A stretch of 64,000 bases of DNA from Perkinsela sp. CCAP 1560/9 (taxonomy: Eukaryota > Protista > Euglenozoa: Kinetoplastea). The DNA is taken from contig CBFFSA010000045.1 of assembly GCA_965644495.1 (NCBI GenBank), positions 1-64,000 of the forward strand, in the 5' to 3' direction. Position numbers and translations under genes: made by a program. The notes under the pieces are model-generated. The model saw only the letters and a list, made by a program, of their open reading frames with translations, did not search any database and had not been told where the DNA came from. Below, in pieces: positions 63,860 to 64,000 of this stretch; positions within the stretch are counted from its first letter, which is position 1; each line of letters starts with the position of its first letter.

Positions 63860-64000
63860 TGGTCTTAGCAAAAGGTGTCCAACTAGTTTAGCGCGGTTGA
63901 CTCTCAGGAGCGTTGAAACTTTCGGTTCTCCCCTATACAGCGCACATGTTGGTATTTGCTTATAACCATCCCACAACGGCGTCCCTGTCGCTATTCTGCG
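63860..64000 (-). pseudogene. RTE-like RT thumb fragment, uninterrupted copy of 62576 onward; runs off the window end
   Basis: 63919-64000 is identical to 62576-62657 and continues as ..RVNRAKLVGHLL. Confidence 0.7.

Noticed and set aside
63858-63878. TGGTCTTAGCAAAAGGTG as the source of the 18-mer
   Set aside because: It is a short gapped similarity inside RTE coding sequence and is compatible with chance.

Overview
This is eukaryotic repeat and mobile-element DNA with no ordinary host genes, probably a subtelomere. A 39-nt spliced-leader (SL/mini-exon)-like sequence, AATCTTTAACGATAAAGATACAGTTTCTGTACCTTGTTG, points to a kinetoplastid- or diplonemid-type euglenozoan. 1-20.3 kb: a near-perfect 18-bp tandem array (GTGGTCTTAATACAAAAA) interrupted by two identical 1,299-bp TIR elements (GG..CC ends, 8-bp TSD, Merlin-like) and a 342-bp insert. 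20.3-29 kb: a structured poly(A)-tailed non-coding retroposon, a CRE-clade non-LTR element fused to an RTE-like RNase H tail, and a VIPER/TATE-like tyrosine-recombinase retroelement. 29.9-46.5 kb: 22 tandem 748-bp copies of a retroelement RNase H domain, most read as a stand-alone 240-aa ORF. 47-64 kb: a 177-bp satellite and head-to-tail CRE-clade elements, each starting with an SL relic, plus decayed fragments. The most novel signals are: (i) CRE-like retrotransposons with an N-terminal Ataxin-2/Pbp1 LsmAD-like domain, seen in three diverged copies; (ii) SL-capped retrocopies joined end to end, as expected from RT template jumping; (iii) the RNase H mini-gene array; (iv) the 18-mer as a possible non-canonical chromosome-end repeat. 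All domain calls are from motifs read by eye; no database searches were run.
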